Shown one piece after another: positions 32,182-40,443 of a stretch of DNA of 64,000 nt (positions are counted from its first letter, which is position 1; each line of letters begins with the position of its first letter). A program made the position numbers and the translations under genes. Origin of the DNA: Actinomycetes bacterium (GTDB lineage: Bacteria > Actinomycetota > Acidimicrobiia > Acidimicrobiales > RAAP-2); NCBI GenBank assembly GCA_021781335.1, contig JAJXXA010000036.1:1246-65245 (forward strand), written 5' to 3'. The notes beneath the pieces were generated by a model. It was given only the letters and a program-made list of their open reading frames with translations. It was not told the DNA's origin and ran no database searches.

Positions 32182-32855
32182 TTGAAGGTACTACGCCGCT
32201 TGACTCCCCCTCGTACGACCCCGGTTCCATGCCGGCGTCGTCACTCTCTTCTCAAAAGGCAGTGCTCTATCGCAGGCCATGGTTCCTGATCACGATTGCT
32301 GTAATAGTCGTCCTCGCGGTGTCGGTGATCAGTGACCTCCCCCACCCCATCACGAAGGCCGAAGATGCAACAGCGCAGAACGCGTCGATGAAACAGATCA
32401 ACACCGATATCGGTCCCTGCGTCTTTGCGATCAAGGAGGCCTTCAGCTTCTATGAGCAGAAGGTCAGTGGACGTCTCTCCGCATCCAACCTTGCCCAAGT
32501 CCCGAGCCTGCTCGTCGGCGACCAGACCGCCTGCTCGTTCACGAGTGGATCGATCTACGACTTGACCAACAACATTCAAGTCCTCGATACCAAGGCCGGC
32601 AAGGACATCGATCACATGCTGAGCGTCGTAGTGTTGTGGACCACTTCAGACGCCCTGGCTGCAATCGAAGACATCCAGTACCTGTTCAGTCACCCCACAG
32701 ACGCCAACAAACTCCACAACCTCGCCAAGAAGGAAGCGTTGTTGGCCAAGGACCGCACCCTGGCACTCGACTACGTCGCACGAGCCGAGCACACCCTCGG
32801 GATGAAGTTGAAGCAGCCAATACTGCCTGTGCTGACACAACTGTCGGGAACCTGA
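32178..32855 (+). CDS. Membrane-anchored exported hypothetical protein
   Basis: N-terminal TM (WFLITIAVIVVLAVSVI), helical domain with two Cys. 4-nt overlap with sco. Confidence 0.75.
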   Translation: MIEGTTPLDSPSYDPGSMPASSLSSQKAVLYRRPWFLITIAVIVVLAVSVISDLPHPITKAEDATAQNASMKQINTDIGPCVFAIKEAFSFYEQKVSGRLSASNLAQVPSLLVGDQTACSFTSGSIYDLTNNIQVLDTKAGKDIDHMLSVVVLWTTSDALAAIEDIQYLFSHPTDANKLHNLAKKEALLAKDRTLALDYVARAEHTLGMKLKQPILPVLTQLSGT

Positions 32856-32903
32856 GCAACCCCACCACTCACCTGGCCACGACCAGGTGAGTGCAACGTC
32901 GTC

Positions 32904-33701
32904 TCACACTGGCGTAGTGCCGCCCGTCGAACCTAGGGCGCGCTCTTGGCGCAGCATCCGCACCAATTCGTCGCTCGGATCCTCTTCGGTCTGTAACCAA
33001 TGAATCAGGTTCCAAAAGACAACCGGGAGAAATGCGAACGCCGAAAGCGCCCACATGAAACCGGCCGTCAATTGTTGATCCGCTGACAACGAGACACCAT
33101 GTCCCAGCACGTGATGAAACGATCGGTACCAGGAGTCATGCGACATGGCGTTCAAGTACGCGACGATCCACACCGACCACATCGCGATTGCACTCATCGC
33201 AATGCGAAATGGTCGCGTAATGCTCGGGCTCATCGGAGGCGACTCAATAAGGTCAAGCCAGAACAGACTTCCGGCGATCACGAGGCTCAATGATTCTGGC
33301 GCCACCATCCAGCCGTGTCGATTGGTGAAGTCGACGATCGGAGCGACGCGCCAGAAGATCGCCACGGCCAGAAACACAACCAGAAGACTGATCGCCCCGA
33401 CGTGGCTGGTCACGTGGCGCCTTGAAAGCGCCAGCCGGTCCACGAGACGCAATTCCACTGGCGAGACTATCTTCCCGTCAGGGTCCAACTCGAACTCGTC
33501 GCCTGACGCAACTCTCAAGACACGCCAGGGAGCGCTTGCCACAAACAATGCCGGAATGATGATGCCGAAAAAGGAGAACTGCACCGCCTGCATGAACTCG
33601 TATCGGTGCGCCCACCCAGAAAATGGTGGAACAACGAGGATGATCCAAAAGACCACGCCCAGCGCACCCAAGGCACTTCGAAGTCGACGCACAGCGTCCA
33701 C
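32904..33701 (-). CDS. Divergent CtaG-family membrane protein
   Basis: IIPALFVASAPW, LFWLDLI, SADQQLTAGFMW align with CtaG; conserved His are replaced. Start uncertain. Confidence 0.7.
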   Translation of the reverse strand: MDAVRRLRSALGALGVVFWIILVVPPFSGWAHRYEFMQAVQFSFFGIIIPALFVASAPWRVLRVASGDEFELDPDGKIVSPVELRLVDRLALSRRHVTSHVGAISLLVVFLAVAIFWRVAPIVDFTNRHGWMVAPESLSLVIAGSLFWLDLIESPPMSPSITRPFRIAMSAIAMWSVWIVAYLNAMSHDSWYRSFHHVLGHGVSLSADQQLTAGFMWALSAFAFLPVVFWNLIHWLQTEEDPSDELVRMLRQERALGSTGGTTPV

Positions 33702-33904
33702 CCGACCCTGAGGCGAGCGCGACGTCACTCTGAAGGGTGACGCTGGAAAAAGCCCCACAACAGAACACCGAATAGAACGCCCAGCAGGAGGACCATCGTC
33801 AGCACCTGCGAACCAATGTAAATATCGACTGCTTGCATCATCACCTCCATCCTCAACCCTAAAGTACAAATACCCGCAACTTCAAGCGCCCTAGCGCCAC
33901 ACAG

Positions 33905-34561
33905 CTACAAGATGTAGAACAGCGCCAGGAACAGAGCGCCACTCAGCGCCGTGAAACCCCAGAAGTACGTCATCGAGGCGACATTGGCACGAAACAACCG
34001 GGCCGTAGCGGCAGACGAAAGCTCGGGGCTGTCACCGCCCAACTCCTTTCGCATGCGCATGGAACGAGCAACCGTCGTTTCCAGCCAGTACGCGCCCACC
34101 ACCAGGGATGCGATGTTGATCACGATCCAGCCAATGAACGTCGACGCGTAACCACTCGAACCTGGGAAGAAGGGCAACGTCGTGGTCTCCCAGATCTGAA
34201 GGAAGAGCGCCACCAGCGAGGTCAGAACCCCGGTCCACACCGCCACCTGCCAGTCGAGCACCACTCCCTTTCGAAGACGCCACTGACCATAGATAGCCAG
34301 CACCGCCGTCAACGCCTCGAGCGCGAAGATCGACCAACCAAAGGCGGTAGGCGCGGTCACATTGTGGGGGCGCCACAGGAGACCGTTGTTCGCCGTACGT
34401 AGGTAGAAGTACGCGAAGGCCAGAGAGGCGAGCAGGAAGGTGTACATGCCGATGAACAACCGGCCACCCGACCACACTGAGCCAACCTTGGCGCGCAACT
34501 CGTACTCAATCTCCTCGGGCGTTTCGTGGTAGCCCTTGGACTTGTTGTACATATCAGTCAT
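33905..34561 (-). CDS. ctaE: Heme-copper oxidase subunit III (short, about 5 TM)
   Basis: GGRLFI..FAYFYLR, FLQIWE, SSGYASTF, YFWGF. Downstream of subunit I. Confidence 0.8.
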   Translation of the reverse strand: MTDMYNKSKGYHETPEEIEYELRAKVGSVWSGGRLFIGMYTFLLASLAFAYFYLRTANNGLLWRPHNVTAPTAFGWSIFALEALTAVLAIYGQWRLRKGVVLDWQVAVWTGVLTSLVALFLQIWETTTLPFFPGSSGYASTFIGWIVINIASLVVGAYWLETTVARSMRMRKELGGDSPELSSAATARLFRANVASMTYFWGFTALSGALFLALFYIL

Positions 34562-34581
34562 AGTAAATTCTCCACTTACTA

Positions 34582-36546
34582 CTAGGCCGGGCTACTGCCG
34601 GATGTTGTTGAAACGACGGGTGGCGCACCGGTACCCATATCTGCAACCGGTGGAGCACCTACTTCGCTGTAGTGATACGGGTCAGTCATGACGACCGGAA
34701 TTCGCTCGAAGTTGTACTCGGGAATCGGACTGGCCGTCTGCCATTCCAGACCCAAAGAGTCCCAAGGGTTCGCCGGCGCCTTCACTGGCTTGATGTACAT
34801 CGAGTACATCAAGTTCGCAAAGAAGAGCAGGAACGAAAGACCGAGCAAGAACGCGCTGATCGACGAGAAGTCGTTCAGTCCCTGAAGGTTCTTCGCGTAG
34901 GTGAACACACGTCGCGGCTGGCCGAGCAACCCAATGATGAACATCGGGAAGAACGTCAGGTTGAAGAAGATGAACATCGTCCAGAAGTGCCATAGGCCCA
35001 ACTTCTTATTCATCATGCGACCGGTCATCTTGGGCAACCAGTAGTAGAGGCCCGCCATGAACGCGAACAAGAGTCCACCCATGATGGTGTAGTGGAAGTG
35101 CGACAGGACGAAGAATCCACCGTGCACCGTCACGTTCACCGGGACGTCCGACAAGAACACGCCCGTCACACCGCCTATCAAGAAGTTGAAGAAGAGCGCC
35201 ATGGCGAAGAGCATCGGTATTTCGAATCGAATCTTCGCACGATACAGCGTCCCCATCCCAACCAAGAAGATGAAACCAGTGGGGATCGAGATGAGCTCGG
35301 TCGTGAGCATGAACAATGGGCGCATGTCAGGGTTGATACCGCTCTGGAAGAGGTGGTGCTGCCACACGAAGAACGACAGCAGCGCCACACCAATCATTCC
35401 TGATGCCGCGACCTTGTAGGCGAAGAGTGGCTTACGGGTGAACACCGGAAGTATTTCAGCCACGATTCCAAAGCCCGGCAACGCCATGATGTAGACCTCG
35501 GGGTGTCCGAAGAACCAGAACAAGTTCTCCCACAGGTACGAACTACCACCGTGCTCAGAGACGTAGAAGGCGGTCTGGGCAGTTTTGTCCAAGATGCCGA
35601 ACAGTCCTGCGGCGAACAACGTGGGTGTCGCGAGCGTCAACAGCGCTGCGGTGGCCAGGATCGACCACACGAAGATCGGCACACGGCTCCAGGTCATGCC
35701 GGGCGCTCGGTTATTGATGATCGTCACCGCGATGTTGAAACCTGCGGCCATCATGCCCATACCGATCACCGCGAAACCGAAGAGGTACGAAATCATCCCG
35801 GGGCCCGCCTGGGTCTGCAACGGTGCGTATCCCGTCCAGCCGGTCGGGAAACCACCATACGGAAGCGCGGAGAAGATAACTGCATATCCCGCCACGAAAA
35901 TCCAGAAACTGAATGCCTCGATGCGCGGGAATGCCATCTTTCGCGAGCCGATCATGAGCGGTACGAAGTAGTTACCCAATGGACCGACGATGATCGACGT
36001 TGCCATCATCATCATGATCGTGCCGTGCTCACTGACGATCTCAATGTACGTACCGGGACCGAAGAGGTGTGTAGTTGGATTCAAGAGTTCGGCACGGATC
36101 GCCATTGCGAGAAGACCACCGGTGAACATGAACAAGAGCACCCCGACCACGTACTGCAGACCAACAACCTTGTGGTCCAACGTGTAGCGGAAGTACTTCG
36201 ACCAACCTTCGACCGTAGGCTCCTGGTTCGGCTCGCGGCCGAACAGTTTCGCCACGGGATAGTTCAATGCCCCAATACCCAATAGCCAGCCCACGACGCC
36301 AAAGAGCAGCGCGAAGAAGTTGGCCGATGAGTTCTGTCCTGAGTTTTGGATGTAGGCGTAGTCACCAGTAATTTCGTGACCCAGCCAGTGTCCAAAGAGG
36401 TATCCAACGATGCCCAGGACAATCGCTGTTCCCAAGTGCTGGCTCATCCAGCCTGGTCGTTGCGTCCAGCCGACTCTGCCCGATTGCACGGGAGGAGTCA
36501 CGCTACTGGCCGCAACTTCTGTCGGTCGTTCGGCGCTAATAGTCAT
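34582..36546 (-). CDS. ctaD: Heme-copper oxidase subunit I (A1-type HPEVY) with N-terminal TM extension
   Basis: DHKVVGLQY, HGTIM, GWTGYAPL, WFFGHPEVY, VWQHH, HFHY, QPRR. Confidence 0.97.
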   Translation of the reverse strand: MTISAERPTEVAASSVTPPVQSGRVGWTQRPGWMSQHLGTAIVLGIVGYLFGHWLGHEITGDYAYIQNSGQNSSANFFALLFGVVGWLLGIGALNYPVAKLFGREPNQEPTVEGWSKYFRYTLDHKVVGLQYVVGVLLFMFTGGLLAMAIRAELLNPTTHLFGPGTYIEIVSEHGTIMMMMATSIIVGPLGNYFVPLMIGSRKMAFPRIEAFSFWIFVAGYAVIFSALPYGGFPTGWTGYAPLQTQAGPGMISYLFGFAVIGMGMMAAGFNIAVTIINNRAPGMTWSRVPIFVWSILATAALLTLATPTLFAAGLFGILDKTAQTAFYVSEHGGSSYLWENLFWFFGHPEVYIMALPGFGIVAEILPVFTRKPLFAYKVAASGMIGVALLSFFVWQHHLFQSGINPDMRPLFMLTTELISIPTGFIFLVGMGTLYRAKIRFEIPMLFAMALFFNFLIGGVTGVFLSDVPVNVTVHGGFFVLSHFHYTIMGGLLFAFMAGLYYWLPKMTGRMMNKKLGLWHFWTMFIFFNLTFFPMFIIGLLGQPRRVFTYAKNLQGLNDFSSISAFLLGLSFLLFFANLMYSMYIKPVKAPANPWDSLGLEWQTASPIPEYNFERIPVVMTDPYHYSEVGAPPVADMGTGAPPVVSTTSGSSPA

Positions 36547-36604
36547 CGCCCGATCTCCGTTTCTTTCATCGTCATTGTCTGATTGCTTCCTGCGAGTTTG
36601 CTCA

Positions 36605-37597
36605 TCATGATGCTGGCTGCTTTGCGCCGTAGGTCTCTACCTGGCTGTAAGGGGTCACGTTGCCGTCGATGTAGTAACCACCGGCAGCTCCGTTAGCGTC
36701 AGGTACGTAGGTCCACGCGAATGGCGGCAGGTTCTTCGTGTTCGCGGCGTTCGCTGCTTCGGTCGTGGTCGCCCAGTTCTGGAAGTTGCTCTGCGAGACG
36801 ACCTTGCCGTAGTTGTACATCGAACCGTGCCAGATACCACACAGTTCGCTGCATCGCACGGTGAAGTTTCCGAGTTGCGCAGTCTTTGTGTAGGCGACGT
36901 TGTTCTGCTGAGGGTTGGCGTCGGCCTTCACGCTCAGCTGATACGCCCAGAAGCTGTGGATGACATCAAGCGACGTGACGTTGAACGCAATCTCGGTGTT
37001 GTTTGGAAGGATCAACTGCGGTGACTCGAATCCGCCGAACTGCGGGTAGCGATAAGTGAACTTCCATTGTTGTCCGATTACCTGGACGACGAGCACCTGA
37101 TTACTGCCCGGTGTCCACGACGCAGAAGACGTAAGCGCTGCGGTCTCGGCTTTGGCGGAGCCGGCGGGCATCCAGACTGGGTTAGGGCCTTCGCCACCAC
37201 CTGAACCGTTGCCGTTAATGAGTGCGACCGTACCGAAGCCGGCGAGGAAGAGCACCACAATTGAGGTGACGACAATCCACGACACTTGGGCCTTGAGATT
37301 TCCGCGAGCCGCGGGGCCACCGACTGGCTCGGGTACGCCCGCTCGCTTGGCGCTCCAGTTGACGATTGCGTAGCCCATGTAGACCCACACACCGATGAGG
37401 ACCGGGAACGCCATCAAGAACAGCACGTTGAAGTCGAACTGGTTGGCCCGCGCCGTGTCGGTCATCGTCCCTGGCGGCACGTGGGGTGCCACCCAGAACA
37501 TGAACAACAGGTCAGCCGCCACCGACAAGATGACCCAGATTGTGGCCATCCTGCGAAGGTGATGTGTCTCTTTTTTCATTGAATTCTCCGTGGACAT
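36605..37597 (-). CDS. ctaC: Heme-copper oxidase subunit II with CuA centre
   Basis: GQQWKFTYRY, SLDVIHSFW, CSELCGIWHGSM. No C-terminal CxxCH. Confidence 0.95.
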   Translation of the reverse strand: MSTENSMKKETHHLRRMATIWVILSVAADLLFMFWVAPHVPPGTMTDTARANQFDFNVLFLMAFPVLIGVWVYMGYAIVNWSAKRAGVPEPVGGPAARGNLKAQVSWIVVTSIVVLFLAGFGTVALINGNGSGGGEGPNPVWMPAGSAKAETAALTSSASWTPGSNQVLVVQVIGQQWKFTYRYPQFGGFESPQLILPNNTEIAFNVTSLDVIHSFWAYQLSVKADANPQQNNVAYTKTAQLGNFTVRCSELCGIWHGSMYNYGKVVSQSNFQNWATTTEAANAANTKNLPPFAWTYVPDANGAAGGYYIDGNVTPYSQVETYGAKQPAS

Positions 37598-37599
37598 AA

Positions 37600-38283
37600 T
37601 TAGCGAACCACCTCTAGGAATCCACCCATGTAGTTCTGGGTCGACATTGGACCACCGTTGCCGTAGAGGTAGCCCAGTCCGCACGGCACAAAGCACTGCC
37701 ATGGGTAGCTACCCGCCGCACCGGTGCGGAAACTGAACTTGATCGTGCGGTGAGGTGAATTGAAGTGGCATGGCGCGACTCCACAGAGCGTGGCGTTCGC
37801 ACTGTTGCCAGCCAGAGGTACGTAGAGCCCCATCGATGGCACGGCAAATGTGTGACCGACACCGTCACCGGTATTCGAGTTGTAGTACGAGAAACTGGTC
37901 CCGTCGAGTGTCGCCTTACCGTTGGTCGTGCCTAGTACCTGCCCGAACTGCTGGTTACGAAGCGGGCTACCACTGTCGTAGTTGTAGATGGTCATGTTGA
38001 TCGTGGTGTTCGCTGGAAGCTTCCACGTCGTGTCTTGTACCCACTTGCCCGTTGTCGGGTCCTTCACCAGGTACGACACCCACGTTGGGTGGGCACCGAA
38101 GCCAATCGAACCGACGGTCTGGGCCGTGATGTTTACAGCTTGTCCCGGCGCGTGTGTCTTGGTGAAGTCCATAACACCTCCAGGTGTGCCTGGTGTCAGA
38201 AACGCCGCGACGCTCCAGACGATCAGGCCAACCGCAACCAAGAAGAGCCCGAGAACCGTTGCCAGTCTCCCTCTCATTGACAT
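37600..38283 (-). CDS. Membrane-anchored cupredoxin-like protein, atypical ligand set
   Basis: N-terminal TM, GHTF, GSYPWQCFVPCG..GGPM..YMGG. AAGGAG SD; first gene of the oxidase operon. Confidence 0.8.
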   Translation of the reverse strand: MSMRGRLATVLGLFLVAVGLIVWSVAAFLTPGTPGGVMDFTKTHAPGQAVNITAQTVGSIGFGAHPTWVSYLVKDPTTGKWVQDTTWKLPANTTINMTIYNYDSGSPLRNQQFGQVLGTTNGKATLDGTSFSYYNSNTGDGVGHTFAVPSMGLYVPLAGNSANATLCGVAPCHFNSPHRTIKFSFRTGAAGSYPWQCFVPCGLGYLYGNGGPMSTQNYMGGFLEVVR

Positions 38284-38362
38284 ACACCACTCCTTGCGAT
38301 TCACTGTCCCTTAATGAACTCAGGTATGAATGTAACGGAACGGTTCACTAAAGTTAAGGTTT

Positions 38363-38683
38363 GTGACACAGGGAACTAAGAGAATTCTTGGAATCCACCT
38401 TGGTCTCGCGCTCGCCCAACTGATCTGCGTGAGTGCTTTTGCGATTGAACTCAGTCGAGCGTTGCACGGTAATTCACTCTCGTGGGCGTACGTTTTCGAG
38501 TGGCCGATCTTCTCGGGTTACGCCATCTACATGTGGCAAAAGCTTTTAAAACAAGAGCGTTTGGGAGATGCCACGGATGTCGCGGCTCCTGATCACGGCG
38601 ACGATCGAGCGCTCGATGACTTCAACGAATACCTGCGTCGAGTCCACGACAAGACGCCGCCGACCGCTCCTCCTGAAACCTGA
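38363..38683 (+). CDS. Small two-TM membrane protein, paralog of 30768-31166
   Basis: ELSRALHGNSLSWAYVFEWPIFSGYAIYMW. Confidence 0.75.
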   Translation: MTQGTKRILGIHLGLALAQLICVSAFAIELSRALHGNSLSWAYVFEWPIFSGYAIYMWQKLLKQERLGDATDVAAPDHGDDRALDDFNEYLRRVHDKTPPTAPPET

Positions 38684-38724
38684 AAGTCTCCTTAACTTAC
38701 GCTCGTCGTTTCGCGTTGCCAGCG

Positions 38725-40443
38725 CTAGTGGACCCCTTGCAGTGCGAGGAGTGCCTTCAACTCGCTCACTGCAGATGAGGTGCCCGACGCTGACGCGATT
38801 GGATCGTCGGGCACGATCCAATGAATCCGATGCGCGGGAGTGATGACGAACATCAGGTCCGAATGGATACTCATCTTCGCGGTGCGCTTCATACTCACCG
38901 ACACCCCAAAATTCCGCCACACCGCACTCACCTTCGTGAGTGGTCCCGTCACGAAATAGAAATTGCGCACGTTGTCAAGGCCGTGACGCTGCATGAAGAG
39001 CCGCACGTCAGCCACGGATTCGTGGTAGGGGTCGGCGGCAACCGCCACGATGTCCAACTTTGCGTTCCAGGCGAGTTGTGAACGGAGTTGCGCCAATTGA
39101 TTCGCGAGTAGTGGGCAGTCCGTCCAACAATGCGGATCGAGAAACGTCAAGAGCGTCACCCGCCCGCGATGCTCACCCAAGGTGAACGTGCGCTCGTGTT
39201 GGTCGATGAGAGTAAAAGGCTTCGCCGGCAGGTCGGCAGCCGATGCCGGACCATTCTGAGCGAGAAAGAGGGTGTTCTCTGCGCTCGCCGACGTGGCCAG
39301 ACCCATCGACACCGCCGCAAACAGAAGCATCGATGACGCGAACGTCGCGACGACGGCGCTTGTAGCACTGGTCATCTCTCGTGGTAAGAGGCGCTTCAAT
39401 GGCGCGCTCTCGTCGCGCGGCGCCGCGCACCACGTGAGCAAAGCCAAAGGAACGAGAGAGTTGACATCGGTTGCAACACCGCCAAAGAGGGCAGTGTCCT
39501 CGGCGACCACCCAAAAGTAGATGGCGCCTACGATGAGCGTCCACGATGGCCATGTCCATGCACGCTCGCGCGCCATCCACAACCCCACCGCACTCACCAG
39601 CAACCACAAGATGATCACGATATTGAATCCGCCGCCCATCACGGCTCCAATCGAGCCACCGCCGCGCACAATCGTCGCCAACAGGTGAGGCTGGGCAACG
39701 CTCGTCATGGATCGTGTCATTTCGGCGAGCGCGTTCGATGGGCCGCCGTGCCAAAACTGGGTCGAGGGCAACGACTGAATGAGTGCTGCGATGACCAAGA
39801 GGACGCTTATCGCCCGCGAGGTCACCTTCGAGAAGAGGGTGAGGAAGCGAGCTCGATCAAGCGAAAGTGCCACACCTGCAATGACGTAGAACAACGACGC
39901 ACCCGGCCAACCGAAAAGCAGGGACGCACCTGAGATAAAGACACCACCCGCGCCGTTACCGATGAGCCAGATAAGCGCCGCCCACGCCGCCGAAATGATG
40001 CCCGCCACTCGACTGGTGCGCCCTCGGGCGACCAAGATCACAAGTCCGAGTCCGACCTGAAACCACGCCACCCCAACCGCGAGCGTGATCGGATGGCTGT
40101 TCCACACCGAGATTCCGTGCAGCATCAATGAATGCAGCCACGATGGCGTCCCCACAGACGCCGGGGCGACAACGTTGTTGGCGAGACCGAGCGGCATCGA
40201 AGGTTGGAACTGCAAGATCCCATCAATGAGCCATAGCGCACCGAATGACCAACGCAGGAACGTGCGTGAACGGGGTTCAAGGTCATCATCCGGCGCAAGG
40301 TTGAATGAGAAAATTCTTCGCGTGGACATGAGGACCACGAGCAGCACGATGGCGATTCCGCCCACCCACAAGACACTCGTTACGAAAAGTTCGTGGTGGA
40401 AGATCGCAATGATATTGGCCAGATTTAGCGGCCGTGGGCTCAT
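38725..40443 (-). CDS. Polytopic (DoxX/DoxD-like, duplicated) membrane protein fused to a C-terminal SCO domain
   Basis: About 10 TM including LRWSFGALWLIDGILQFQP, then PFTLIDQH, CWTDC (CxxxC) and IHSD. Confidence 0.8.
   Translation of the reverse strand: MSPRPLNLANIIAIFHHELFVTSVLWVGGIAIVLLVVLMSTRRIFSFNLAPDDDLEPRSRTFLRWSFGALWLIDGILQFQPSMPLGLANNVVAPASVGTPSWLHSLMLHGISVWNSHPITLAVGVAWFQVGLGLVILVARGRTSRVAGIISAAWAALIWLIGNGAGGVFISGASLLFGWPGASLFYVIAGVALSLDRARFLTLFSKVTSRAISVLLVIAALIQSLPSTQFWHGGPSNALAEMTRSMTSVAQPHLLATIVRGGGSIGAVMGGGFNIVIILWLLVSAVGLWMARERAWTWPSWTLIVGAIYFWVVAEDTALFGGVATDVNSLVPLALLTWCAAPRDESAPLKRLLPREMTSATSAVVATFASSMLLFAAVSMGLATSASAENTLFLAQNGPASAADLPAKPFTLIDQHERTFTLGEHRGRVTLLTFLDPHCWTDCPLLANQLAQLRSQLAWNAKLDIVAVAADPYHESVADVRLFMQRHGLDNVRNFYFVTGPLTKVSAVWRNFGVSVSMKRTAKMSIHSDLMFVITPAHRIHWIVPDDPIASASGTSSAVSELKALLALQGVH

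Noticed and set aside
33723-33742. Hairpin CGTCACTCT-GA-AGGGTGACG downstream of subunit III as a terminator
   Set aside because: No U-tract follows it on the minus strand and it lies about 160 nt past the stop, so it cannot be assigned.
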